Shown in pieces: positions 19,501-28,050 of a stretch of DNA of 42,681 bases. Origin of the DNA: a virus (taxonomy: Duplodnaviria; Caudoviricetes). The stretch's first letter is position 1. Each line of letters starts with the position of its first letter. The position numbers and the translations under genes are program-made. The stretch is from the IMG/VR virus record IMGVR_UViG_3300036779_000092, positions 1 to 42,681 of that record; one strand, 5' to 3'. The notes below the pieces were generated by a model. The model saw only the letters and a program-made list of their open reading frames with translations. It made no database searches and was not told the DNA's origin.

Positions 19501-19735
19501 GACGGAGCGGCCGTGGAATCTGCTGGAAGTGACGAGCTCAGATCCGCCGAGTACTCCGCGGAGCAAAAGTGTTTTCAGCGATCGTTATGCCCTGGCCCAA
19601 AACGGAGTGGCCGACGAAGGCGATTGCATTCTGACCAAGTTTGATTATGGGTTGCAGGCTTACGGCGATGAGCTGCTTGATTGGGGGATCTTCGCCACGA
19701 CCGAAGATGAACGCAAGGAGGAAGCACAAAAGTGA
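16574..19735 (+). CDS. Tail nozzle/hub protein (P22 gp10/T7 gp12-like) with inserted repeat domains
   Basis: 1053 aa; beta-propeller-type segments (YHLQRVWG..NRVNWS..W); position after the adaptors. Confidence 0.7.
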   Translation: MAGPIAATGAISNPTRYGALTMGGEQFTGIWTQRSPYRDAATAYLMKKFYQGSRFDSIWDGLNREISCRLTDVRRPGTSIYNSGNFNAVQGFYSFKYISNGNEIVRVMVDSAFNVQDGTAGGQTTLFTKGAGAGKTRFLGLGSTLYMGDGAETKKWIAGSVSWGASTVATIAEIEIIKRQRAGVGPYVYFLIVSLTATAPTLATGTIVTFAGLTGYPTLNGQQLTPTSAGTNRQYNILLSANQLAFVYGNALYPFTAETGTISAGTIIAPGTLITDPNDNVQMALGGIVMNILATSSSGTVTTIYFDPQSVTNQFADLQGASLTFSGLTGTGSYLNGNTYTLAVVSSTLGIATINVAHAAYAEANDTGSATTGNGGTGTTPPAWSSTQFAITPDGTNQQWKCYGSAVQSMGLAGPANAPAITPVNGTQFWQPLTLYPNTLYCILDNNQNIEFVFGNISGGSPLVTGRSYPTFAAAPTATVPYPTTADGNVIWMNAGKPLIWQPSTAYPLYKCIIDPNQNIQIVSAAGTSGATAPTTWASTVGGSTTDGGITWICGGPGVTITTDSVQYAFSTHAVDGSVSPASPTATIQGPILGRPTGPYLQLTGSFSPTPQLDQIWIWRTPQGQSQLVFDDAIPIDPYYSGGMFTYQDLGIPDTSSSGSGALNPFIIAPVADSNDAPPSNLTGFTYHLQRVWGFSGNRVNWSGGPDTNTGNGATAWPPLNSFSFQARVIRLLPITVQNGALLVFTSSGIKIILGTGTQSNPFYATSFCEKINLANYDALDVLGTEIFLMESNLKVSTLRIEYPFDPQSGYSEVGFPIGDQFQKVTTGGYAASLFSPASSFLSWNIHSTQETAMYVADGNVGWFRLSATNPPESGWIWSPFAATVMGTSAVQSVETSPGVFNLLMGPATSGPINMRDTTGTVWTDLGTAYPSWDAKGVNLLCATGQWTEVAHISAKSMAVGARPAVSVLLGEINPSTERPWNLLEVTSSDPPSTPRSKSVFSDRYALAQNGVADEGDCILTKFDYGLQAYGDELLDWGIFATTEDERKEEAQK

Positions 19736-20100
19736 AAGGCATTCCAGGTATTCGGTTACGGATCCAGTGCGCCAACGTTCAGGACCACGCCAAGATTTTG
19801 CCCATTCAGAATTTCGTGGACCAGGCGCCCGGTTTGTTGCAGCCGATGGATCACGAATTGAAACTCTATTTCGCCCGCCGGATGGGGGAGATTATCTGCG
19901 GCAATTCGGCCATGTATATCTATCAGCCGGGCGGCGGTTCACCCATCGGGCGCTGCGTTTTGTGCGGGGGCGCGCTGAGCTTTGAAATTCAAGAATGGAC
20001 GGAGCCGGCGAAATCTGGCCCCGTAGAACTTGCTGCATACCGCTCGCAGCAATCAGAACAACCGCGAAGCCGGCGGAGCCCGAAGAAGAAAGCATCATGA
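19732..20100 (+). CDS. Hypothetical zinc-binding protein
   Basis: GTGA overlap; C..H, CG, CVLC. Confidence 0.55.
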   Translation: MKGIPGIRLRIQCANVQDHAKILPIQNFVDQAPGLLQPMDHELKLYFARRMGEIICGNSAMYIYQPGGGSPIGRCVLCGGALSFEIQEWTEPAKSGPVELAAYRSQQSEQPRSRRSPKKKAS

Positions 20101-20552
20101 TTGCTCATCAATTTTCGCGCTATCTGCTGATCCCGGCCGACCCCAGGCATCTGGGCCTGGCGCGCGCCTGGACTCTGGCCGATCCCGACCATGCCGGCAG
20201 CGTGCGCCCAGAATTCTGGATCGAGCAGGGAGAACAATGCGAAGCGTGGCTACTGACCGATGAAGAAGGGCCGATCTATTTTTTCAAGGCGGTTCGCCGC
20301 TACCCCGACATTGAAGTGCATGTCCAGTTTCCGCCTTATCCGGCCGTGGCGCCGATTACCTCGCAGATCCACCATCGCAACCGCTTATCCCTGGCGCTTA
20401 TCGAGGGAATGCGATGGCTGGAACAGAGAGCAAAAAGCGTGAGAGAAATTCGCTTTGAGAGCAAAAATCCAAAGCTGATTCGCTTTGCAGAAAACCATCT
20501 GGGATTCACCAACGAGGGCGGGCATCTTTCGAAACATCTGGAGGCGGTCTAA
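20097..20552 (+). CDS. GNAT-fold tail assembly protein (P22 gp14/T7 gp13-like)
   Basis: IEVHVQF and NPKLIRFAENHLGF motifs; position before the ejection proteins. Confidence 0.65.
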   Translation: MIAHQFSRYLLIPADPRHLGLARAWTLADPDHAGSVRPEFWIEQGEQCEAWLLTDEEGPIYFFKAVRRYPDIEVHVQFPPYPAVAPITSQIHHRNRLSLALIEGMRWLEQRAKSVREIRFESKNPKLIRFAENHLGFTNEGGHLSKHLEAV

Positions 20553-21160
20553 TGTGCGGGTCGACTTCGGCACAAAACACGTTGCAGCAAGAACAGCTCG
20601 ATGCCTACAAAGAGGCGCAGCAGATGACGGCCCAACAATATGCCGATCAGCAGGCGATTTACGCGCCAATGGCAAAACAGTTTGAGTCGATTTTCGCGCT
20701 GGGCCCATCGCAGGAAGGCTTCTCGACAGACGAAGCGAATGCTTTGAAGGGTACCGCAGTCGCGGGGACGGCGACCAACTACGCCAATGCATCCCGGGCA
20801 GTGGGTGAAAGCCTGGCCGCGGAGGGCGGAGGCAATGAAGTTATCGGAAGCGGCGGGGCGGCGCAGCTCAAAGCGGAGACGGCGCAGAGCGCGGCCGGCG
20901 AGCTGAGCCGAGAGCAAACCCAGATCAAGGAATCCGATTACCAGCAGGGTTACAACCAGTGGCAGGCTGCGGCCGGCGGACTGGAAAGTATCGCCGCGGG
21001 CGAAAACCCGCTGGGATATGAAGGCGCGGCCACAAGCGCCGGCGGAGCTGCAGGAACTACAGCTAACCAGATCGCGGAAGAACAAAATAGCTGGATCAAC
21101 GCGGCAGTGGGCGCCGCCGGCAGTCTGGGATCAGCCGGTATTGAAGCCAAGTGGGGATAA
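20552..21160 (+). CDS. Small DNA ejection/internal virion protein
   Basis: MCG start; A/G/Q-rich helical; typical podovirus position. Confidence 0.7.
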   Translation: MCGSTSAQNTLQQEQLDAYKEAQQMTAQQYADQQAIYAPMAKQFESIFALGPSQEGFSTDEANALKGTAVAGTATNYANASRAVGESLAAEGGGNEVIGSGGAAQLKAETAQSAAGELSREQTQIKESDYQQGYNQWQAAAGGLESIAAGENPLGYEGAATSAGGAAGTTANQIAEEQNSWINAAVGAAGSLGSAGIEAKWG

Positions 21161-21166
21161 AAGATC

Positions 21167-23224
21167 ATGCCTGGTGACGGACAGTACGAAGGCACTTCGA
21201 ATCCACCGGACGGCGGCAACGTAAGCACACCTGCGCCACCGCCGGCCGACAGTGGAGCACGCGGTCAGTGGCTGGCCACGGCCGGCGACGGATCCGCCAA
21301 ACCTGCGACGCCGGCGCCAGGGAGCACCGGCGCGCAGCAGGCGCCGGCGGCCACCCCAGGCCCGCTGTCTCAGCAACCGGCGCCGCCGAAGCCCCCCACC
21401 GCGCCCGTAGTAACGTCGACCAAGCGCGGCGGATTGCTGGGAGTAATGGATACGGTTAGCGATGCACTGGCGGGCAAGACGCGGCCGGAAGTAGGCACCG
21501 ATGCGCAGGGCAATGCCTATGTGAAACAGCACACCTTGACGCACGGCGAACAGTGGATGCGGATAGCAGGAGAAGCCATGCGCGGGGCGGCCGCCGGCCT
21601 GGCCGCGGGCAGAGGCGCGGGCAACATGGGCAAAGCTGCGCAGGCGGGCATCGAGGCCGGGGATAAATCCAGGAAGGAAGAATATAGCGACGTACAGCAA
21701 AAGGTTCTCGACCGGGCAAACAATCAGATGCTGCGCATGAAGATGGCCGAAGAAACCTGGCGGCAATCGCGGCTTAAAGTTGAAGCCACGCAACAGGATG
21801 TCAAATTCTGGGGGGACCAGCAGGACAGGATAGAAAAGGCCGGCGGAGTGTTCCTGGGACACGCCGCGCACCCCGGAGATATAAGCGAAATTCGAACTGC
21901 CAACCCAGACGTTATGAAGGATCTGGTTCAAAACCCCACGTCTCTCGAATTTATTCCGCAAGTGGACAACACTGGTGTGATTACAGGTTTCGCCGTCTAT
22001 AAAGTGCCTGAAAAATACGGTTCAGAATTGCTCCCGGCAGGGACAAAGTTCCGCACTTTCGACAACATCAACAATAAATATGAGGATCATCTGACCACCA
22101 AACCGATGCTTCGGAGCGAAATCGATGCATATAACACCGCTGCAGGCAACGCCGCGGCAAAATTCAGGAGCGACCAAACCGAGGAACAACTGAAAGGCGC
22201 GCAGAAAAAGAACGTTGAATCAGAGGCGACCGCGCGCGATAAGGAACTGCCCGGCAAGATGAATCTGACGCGAGCGCAAGCCAGTGAAGCCAATGCCAGC
22301 GCAGCGGAGAAGCGAGCTAGTACGCCGACTACTCCCCCGTTAGGCGGGAACCAGACGCCCTCCGGGATGCCGGCCTCGACGGGTAATCCGCAAGCCGATG
22401 AGTTTCTGGGGCGCTGGCCGACAGCGGTTCAAGCATCGGTGCGCGGGCTGGCAAAATACGACACAGATCCAAGCACTTTCCCGCCACGCGTAAACGCCAA
22501 GAGCGGCCAGATGGACCGCGAAACCGCTATCGGCCTGGCGAGGATGATCGAACCTTCATTCGACGAAAAACTATGGAAGTCGCGAAGCCAAACCCTCCAA
22601 GACTATCAACGGCCCAGCGGAGTGGGCGGCGCGGCGATCACTTCTCTCAATCAGGCGATCCAGCACGCGGGAGAACTAAACCAAGCGATAACCAACTTGG
22701 ATAACAGCCACTTCTGGCTCTGGAATACGGGGAAAAATATCTGGGGGAAAGCCACCGACAATCCCGCTGTGAACAGTTTCAATTTGAATGCAAATGGCGT
22801 TGTGGATGAGCTTTCCAACGTGTTCAAAAAGACAGGTGGTACAGATACCGAAATTAAGCAATGGCGCAAGGAAATCAATGATGCGGACGGGCCAGTCTCA
22901 CAGCGCGCCTCAGTTACAAAGGCGATGAAGATGATTAACGACCGCCTGCATGTGATCCGCAGGCAGTTCGGCGCGGCCATGGGCTCCGAGTACTCCGATT
23001 TCCCGTTTGTCTACCCGGAGTCGGAGGCGGCCATCAACAGTCTCGGGGCGGGGAACATTTTAGATTTCGATAAGAGTAAGACGCGCGGCGCAGAGCAAGC
23101 CGCGGCGCAGCCGATCACGCCAAACCCCGGAGAGCAAATTTTCGAGAATCCGCAAACGCATGTTCGTGCAGTCCTACGCAATAACAAGTATCTCGATGTG
23201 AGCAACGGCCAGGAAGTGAAATAA
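21167..23224 (+). CDS. DNA ejection/internal virion protein
   Basis: 685 aa helical protein, Pro-rich N-terminus, GGTDTEIK motif. Confidence 0.65.
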   Translation: MPGDGQYEGTSNPPDGGNVSTPAPPPADSGARGQWLATAGDGSAKPATPAPGSTGAQQAPAATPGPLSQQPAPPKPPTAPVVTSTKRGGLLGVMDTVSDALAGKTRPEVGTDAQGNAYVKQHTLTHGEQWMRIAGEAMRGAAAGLAAGRGAGNMGKAAQAGIEAGDKSRKEEYSDVQQKVLDRANNQMLRMKMAEETWRQSRLKVEATQQDVKFWGDQQDRIEKAGGVFLGHAAHPGDISEIRTANPDVMKDLVQNPTSLEFIPQVDNTGVITGFAVYKVPEKYGSELLPAGTKFRTFDNINNKYEDHLTTKPMLRSEIDAYNTAAGNAAAKFRSDQTEEQLKGAQKKNVESEATARDKELPGKMNLTRAQASEANASAAEKRASTPTTPPLGGNQTPSGMPASTGNPQADEFLGRWPTAVQASVRGLAKYDTDPSTFPPRVNAKSGQMDRETAIGLARMIEPSFDEKLWKSRSQTLQDYQRPSGVGGAAITSLNQAIQHAGELNQAITNLDNSHFWLWNTGKNIWGKATDNPAVNSFNLNANGVVDELSNVFKKTGGTDTEIKQWRKEINDADGPVSQRASVTKAMKMINDRLHVIRRQFGAAMGSEYSDFPFVYPESEAAINSLGAGNILDFDKSKTRGAEQAAAQPITPNPGEQIFENPQTHVRAVLRNNKYLDVSNGQEVK

Positions 23225-25315
23225 GTGGACCCAGCCGCACAGACACTACCGGGCACAAACGGCGCGCCACCGCCACCGCCAGGCTTTCAGCCCATAAGCG
23301 GCAGCGCGCCACCGCCACCGCCAGGCTTTCAGCCGATAAGCGGCAGTGCGCCACCGCCACCGCCACAGCCGGCGCAGGATGCCATTGCCGGCAGCTACGG
23401 GCCGCAGGGCGGAGAAGGCGGATACAAGATGCACGATCCGGCCGGCATCGTTCGCAATGTCGGTTATCACCAGGTACTCAAAAAGCTGGACGATGGTTTC
23501 CGGTTTGTCGACAAGCCGACCCTGCAGCAGTACGCGCGCGATCATGCCGCGGATCCTCTCGACGAAAGCCGCGTGGATCAGTGGATAGATAAACATCCCG
23601 TGCTGAGCTGGCCGGTGAAAGGAGTCATCGGCGCCGGCACTGAAGCTCTCAAGACATTGACCGCTTTTGATGCCACGCCGCAAACGCGCCTGGGAACGGA
23701 TGTGCAACTGGCCGCGGCGACACCCCCCAAAGGCATACAGGAAGCCGGAGCCGGCGCCTTTGAAAATGCGATGGAACTTTACAACCCCGAGGGTTTGGGA
23801 AACCTGTTGGGGCGGGCAGGGCAAGCAATGACGGCCGTGGAAAAACTCAAGATGATGACGGGGCTTGGGCAAATCATTGAAAAAGTTCCCATGGTTGGGA
23901 AACTGCTGAAAATTGGCGAATCGGCCGCCAAGATGGGCACCATGTCAGCCGGCCAAACCTTTGTGAAAACGGGCGGAGATACGCGCGCAGCAGCCACAGC
24001 GGGCGCTGTGGGCGCTGTAACTGCACCGTTGGCGGAAATCCCAGGGGCTGTTTGGAGCGCGGGACGGACAATGCTCAATGCGCCAAAGGAAGCCGCGGCC
24101 GAGCAAGCTGCAGCGGCCGCGGCCAGGCAAACAACGGCAGCGGAAAACGTAGCCGCAACACAACGACAGGCGGAAGCCTCGCGCCAAGCATATGCCGAAA
24201 CGGCGCGCGGCGCGATCCGGCCGCATCTTGAAGAAACCAACGCGGCGCGTAATGTGCCCCAGCAGGAAGTGATGATGAACCAGCCAGGCGGCAAGCCCGC
24301 AGTCCCTACCGGGCGCATGGCAGCTACAGCCACCGGCAAGCCGGCGCCCCCGCAGATCGACATTGACAGCGTGCTGAAACAGACTCAGGACTTTACCGGC
24401 GCCGCCGACCATCTGACCGCGATCAACGACGACGCCTATAACCAGTTCGACACCGCGACCGGCGGGCGCTTTCGCCAGCTCAACGGCGAAGTGGCCGCGG
24501 CTCAGAATGCGATGCGCAAGGGCGAACAGGGCGCCGCGCAGCTCTACAAACAGAAGCTGGGAGAAATGGATCAGCTCATCGACTCGACCGGCCGAGAGTT
24601 GACGCCAGAGATGAAAGCCGCGGGAGAGCGCCCGACCGGCGGAGAGATAACCAAGCAGATGAAGGCGGCGGCGAAATCTGGATTCCGCCAGAGTTATATG
24701 TTGCGCGACTTTGGCAACCTCTGGGACCGCAATTTGAATGGAGTACCAGGCGCCAGCCAGGCCAGCCAGGCGCAGCGCGGTATCAACGGCAGAGGATTGC
24801 TCACCGATCTGCAGCGTGCGGTTAAACTCTACGGCCGGCCGGACGTCGAAACGGCGCTGGGCCCGGGGCGCCTCGAAAATCTGGAAGACATCGCGCAGCA
24901 GAACGTAACCGAAAAGCAGCGCGCGGCATTCAATGGCGGAGTGCAGAACGTTGCGCAGGAACTAGCCAGGCTCGACAGGGAAGCAGCCAAGGCTGGCACT
25001 ACGCAGCCGGAACGACTTTCACAGTGGGGCAAGCGCGCCCTGGTTATGACAGCGGGCGCAGGGGTGAGTCATGCCGTGGGAGGTTCGCCCTATCTGGGAG
25101 CGATCACCGCGGAAGGAATGTATGAGTCTTCGCGCTTCGTGCTCAACGCGATCAAAACTAATCCGAAGATTGCCAAGAATTTTCTGTTCGCGCTGCAGTC
25201 GGGGGCGACCGCGGAACGGTTCGGCCCGTTTATCGCCACCATGATTCAAAAAGCCATGACTGACAGCAGCCTGAAGCAGCAGCAACAGGAGCAACAGGAG
25301 CGACAGCAGCAATGA
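23225..25315 (+). CDS. DNA ejection/internal virion protein
   Basis: 696 aa Ala/Gly-rich; PPPPPGFQP N-terminal repeats. Confidence 0.65.
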   Translation: MDPAAQTLPGTNGAPPPPPGFQPISGSAPPPPPGFQPISGSAPPPPPQPAQDAIAGSYGPQGGEGGYKMHDPAGIVRNVGYHQVLKKLDDGFRFVDKPTLQQYARDHAADPLDESRVDQWIDKHPVLSWPVKGVIGAGTEALKTLTAFDATPQTRLGTDVQLAAATPPKGIQEAGAGAFENAMELYNPEGLGNLLGRAGQAMTAVEKLKMMTGLGQIIEKVPMVGKLLKIGESAAKMGTMSAGQTFVKTGGDTRAAATAGAVGAVTAPLAEIPGAVWSAGRTMLNAPKEAAAEQAAAAAARQTTAAENVAATQRQAEASRQAYAETARGAIRPHLEETNAARNVPQQEVMMNQPGGKPAVPTGRMAATATGKPAPPQIDIDSVLKQTQDFTGAADHLTAINDDAYNQFDTATGGRFRQLNGEVAAAQNAMRKGEQGAAQLYKQKLGEMDQLIDSTGRELTPEMKAAGERPTGGEITKQMKAAAKSGFRQSYMLRDFGNLWDRNLNGVPGASQASQAQRGINGRGLLTDLQRAVKLYGRPDVETALGPGRLENLEDIAQQNVTEKQRAAFNGGVQNVAQELARLDREAAKAGTTQPERLSQWGKRALVMTAGAGVSHAVGGSPYLGAITAEGMYESSRFVLNAIKTNPKIAKNFLFALQSGATAERFGPFIATMIQKAMTDSSLKQQQQEQQERQQQ
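23264..23365 (+). repeat. 42-bp coding tandem repeat (APPPPPGFQPISGS) x2.4
   Basis: Units start at 23264, 23306 and 23348. Confidence 0.85.
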
Positions 25316-26301
25316 CGGAACACTACGCAGACAAAGCCATCCGCCAGGCGGCGGAAGAAATCGACAAGGGCTATACCCCACCGCAGCCCGAAGGCGCCGA
25401 ACAGATGGCCGGCCTGGGCCTGGCGCTGGGGATAGGAACAAGCGGCGCCGCGGTTGGAGAAAAGCCGGCGCTCGAAGAATTCCGCTCCACCCATGAGGAT
25501 CATCTGGGCAACCATCCGCGCGTGATCGAGGCGATGGAGCGAATGCGCCATGAGGTTGAAGAAAGCAAGGGTCACGAGCTGATCGAGAAAAACTGTGCGC
25601 TGCGGGAATTGACTGAAGCCGCGGAGCACAAGAACCGCTGGGATGGGCAAGGCCGATGGATGGGGCACGAGAACGAAGAAATGCGTTATGGAAAGATTCT
25701 CACCCCGCAGCAGTTCTACGACCAACTGGGCAAGGTGACCGGCAAAGGCAAGCTGAAGCTGAGTGAGCATGTGATGTTTCCCTTTGAGGGCGCGCGCAGC
25801 GGTCTGAGCGGCATTTACGTGCGCAACCCGTTATGGGACGGCGCCGCGGAGATGTACCGCGAAGGCGAACGCGCAGAAGCCCTGCGCATGGCCGATGAAG
25901 CGCAAAAGCAATTCAGCGAAGTGCAATCGCTCAAAAGGTTAGGACGCGACGAGGAAGCGGAGAAGAAATTGCGCGATGTGGCGGCCATGGTAGCCGAGGC
26001 CAAAGAGAAACACGACCGCGCGGCCGCGGGCTCATCGATTGCTGAGCCGGAATTTTTGCGCGTGGCCACGATCCAGTGGCCGTTGTCGACGGAGTGGATG
26101 ATTTTTGAATTCACCGAATGGGGAACGGTCTGGAAGCCAAAGTTTTATGGCTGGCGCACGGCGCTCTTAACCATGATCCGCTGCGGGGCGATCACGCCGA
26201 TCGAGGCGCACAAGGCTTTCCCCGTGGGATCTGGCGAAGCATCCGCATGGTATCTGCAGCAGATTTTCGACTTCAATTTACAAGGGGGAGTGATTCATTG
26301 A
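25312..26301 (+). CDS. Hypothetical phage protein
   Basis: ATGA overlap; EW..FEF...YGWRTALL conserved-looking C-terminus. Confidence 0.7.
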   Translation: MTEHYADKAIRQAAEEIDKGYTPPQPEGAEQMAGLGLALGIGTSGAAVGEKPALEEFRSTHEDHLGNHPRVIEAMERMRHEVEESKGHELIEKNCALRELTEAAEHKNRWDGQGRWMGHENEEMRYGKILTPQQFYDQLGKVTGKGKLKLSEHVMFPFEGARSGLSGIYVRNPLWDGAAEMYREGERAEALRMADEAQKQFSEVQSLKRLGRDEEAEKKLRDVAAMVAEAKEKHDRAAAGSSIAEPEFLRVATIQWPLSTEWMIFEFTEWGTVWKPKFYGWRTALLTMIRCGAITPIEAHKAFPVGSGEASAWYLQQIFDFNLQGGVIH

Positions 26302-26702
26302 GCGACGACAACAATGTAATGGTGATCCAGGAACCAGGCCCGCGGCTGTTCTATGTGAACCTCGAAAACGCCCTGGCGATCGACAAATTGAAAAGCGCGC
26401 GCCGTGAAGCTCGAGCTTTTCATTGCATCCGCGACCAGGTTCTAGTTTTGCCCGTGGATAAGGAGGAAATGACGGATTCGGGAATTCTGTTTGTGCCTTC
26501 GACGGCGCAGGAAAGACAGAGCGAAGGCATCGTCATTGCCGCCGGCCGCGGGCGCATGGACGCGAACAACATTTTTGTTCCTACCGAAGTTGAAGCCGGC
26601 GATCGCGTTCTGTTTGGCAAGTACGCAGGAATGGAAATTGTGTTGCGCGGGAAAACCTGCAGGCTGATGCGCGAAGAAGAAGTTTTGGGAGTGATCCGTT
26701 GA
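26298..26702 (+). CDS. groES: Co-chaperonin GroES with N-terminal extension
   Basis: DQVLV, TDSGILFVP, GIVIAAGRG, GDRVLFGKYAGMEI, MREEEVLGV; TTG 26298 after GGGGAG. Confidence 0.92.
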   Translation: MSDDNNVMVIQEPGPRLFYVNLENALAIDKLKSARREARAFHCIRDQVLVLPVDKEEMTDSGILFVPSTAQERQSEGIVIAAGRGRMDANNIFVPTEVEAGDRVLFGKYAGMEIVLRGKTCRLMREEEVLGVIR

Positions 26703-26995
26703 CCACAGTACCGACAGGCCGGCTGTGTGATACCGAAGCAGAGAAGAATGCACGACTGCGGCGGGGATCCAAATTGCGGCCGATCGACAAAGGCACTATC
26801 TACGATGTGAGCGGCAAATTGCGCAAGATCGTGCATGAAATCGAGAGCGGAAAACATGGAGACGTGACAGATGTGGTCCTGGCGCTTCGTGGCGTTCGAG
26901 ATAAGAAACCCTGTATCCACACGATTTTTTGTGGAACCAGCCAGCCCGAAGTCTTGCATTACATGGCTTGCCGGCTGGAGAAGGAAACGAATTGA
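26699..26995 (+). CDS. Hypothetical protein
   Basis: Overlapping start/stop with both neighbours. Confidence 0.55.
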   Translation: MTTVPTGRLCDTEAEKNARLRRGSKLRPIDKGTIYDVSGKLRKIVHEIESGKHGDVTDVVLALRGVRDKKPCIHTIFCGTSQPEVLHYMACRLEKETN

Positions 26996-27474
26996 CGTTG
27001 AACGATGTACTACGCGCGCAACTGGCTTTGTTCGCGGCCCGAGCTGCGGGACAGGGGGCGAGCCTCGAACAGATGAAGGCGATTGCCTACTGCATTCGCA
27101 ATCGGGTGAAGGCGGGATGGTGGGATGGGAACTGGTTAACGGTGATGGAGCACTCGCGCGACATCGAAGCGAACACACCAGACCAACCCTGGTACCTGGA
27201 TCCGACTGACCGCGCTCTGCAGCGCCTGGTGGCAGACATCGATGAAATTTACTATGGCGGCCGGCCGGCGGGGGGCGCGCGCGTGGAACAGGCGCCCATG
27301 ATAGCGCAGCGATACCTGGCCGAGAGCGGGGACATGGAGGAAGCGATAGGCAAGTGCGTTTATTGGGCCTGGCTGAATCGACCGTTTACAAAGTGGTTTC
27401 GCGAAAATGTTCTGGAACAGGCACACAATCACCCCAACCGGGCGCAAATGGGAATGATGGCGTTTTTCGAGTAG
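26992..27474 (+). CDS. SleB/Hydrolase_2-like cell wall hydrolase homologue, catalytic Glu apparently absent
   Basis: LALFAARAAGQG..EQMKAIAYCIRNRV..GW and AQMGMMAFF match the fold pattern. Confidence 0.6.
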   Translation: MTLNDVLRAQLALFAARAAGQGASLEQMKAIAYCIRNRVKAGWWDGNWLTVMEHSRDIEANTPDQPWYLDPTDRALQRLVADIDEIYYGGRPAGGARVEQAPMIAQRYLAESGDMEEAIGKCVYWAWLNRPFTKWFRENVLEQAHNHPNRAQMGMMAFFE

Positions 27475-27486
27475 AGGGCCAAGGCG

Positions 27487-28050
27487 ATGCCGGCAGCAAC
27501 CCCCAACATAACGCTCACCGCAACGCTCAATGATCTGAGCGGCGCCGCGGCCGGCTCAACCGCTAACCCGGCCAAGCTGCGCATCGCGCTCTGCGGCTTT
27601 GGCCCTTCCCTTCCCTTGATCCAAGGCACCGCCATGCTGGCCAAGACGGGGCCATTTTCGGTCTATTCGAGCGGCGCGGCCATTTCTGTGTTGCTCTGGG
27701 GCAACGATCAAATCTCACCATCGGGAACCTACTACTCAATTGAAGTGTTAGACGGTGAAGACAACGTGGTCCAGTGTGGCGCCTATACGCTGACCGGAAC
27801 TGGATCCCAGGATCTGAGTAGCATCCCGCAGGTTGTTCCTCCCTATGGATTCCCACCCAGCCGCTTGGGTTATGCATCGTGCACGGGCGCCATACCGGGA
27901 ACTGTCTATGTGGCGCCGGGCAACGTGGTGGCTGCGACTTACAACGGGATCCTGCTTAGAAGCGCGCTCTACACGATAACCGGCAACGTCATCACTCTGC
28001 TTTTCTCAACCGAAGATGGGGACCGCATCGATGCGTTCTGTGTGGCTTAA
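27487..28050 (+). CDS. Tail fibre adaptor / attachment protein
   Basis: LWGNDQISPSGTYYSIE motif typical of fibre N-terminal modules. Confidence 0.6.
   Translation: MPAATPNITLTATLNDLSGAAAGSTANPAKLRIALCGFGPSLPLIQGTAMLAKTGPFSVYSSGAAISVLLWGNDQISPSGTYYSIEVLDGEDNVVQCGAYTLTGTGSQDLSSIPQVVPPYGFPPSRLGYASCTGAIPGTVYVAPGNVVAATYNGILLRSALYTITGNVITLLFSTEDGDRIDAFCVA

Noticed and set aside
26118-26297. Longer N-terminus for GroES as in the ORF track
   Set aside because: Overlaps the upstream gene by ~180 nt; RBS and stop-start overlap support TTG 26298
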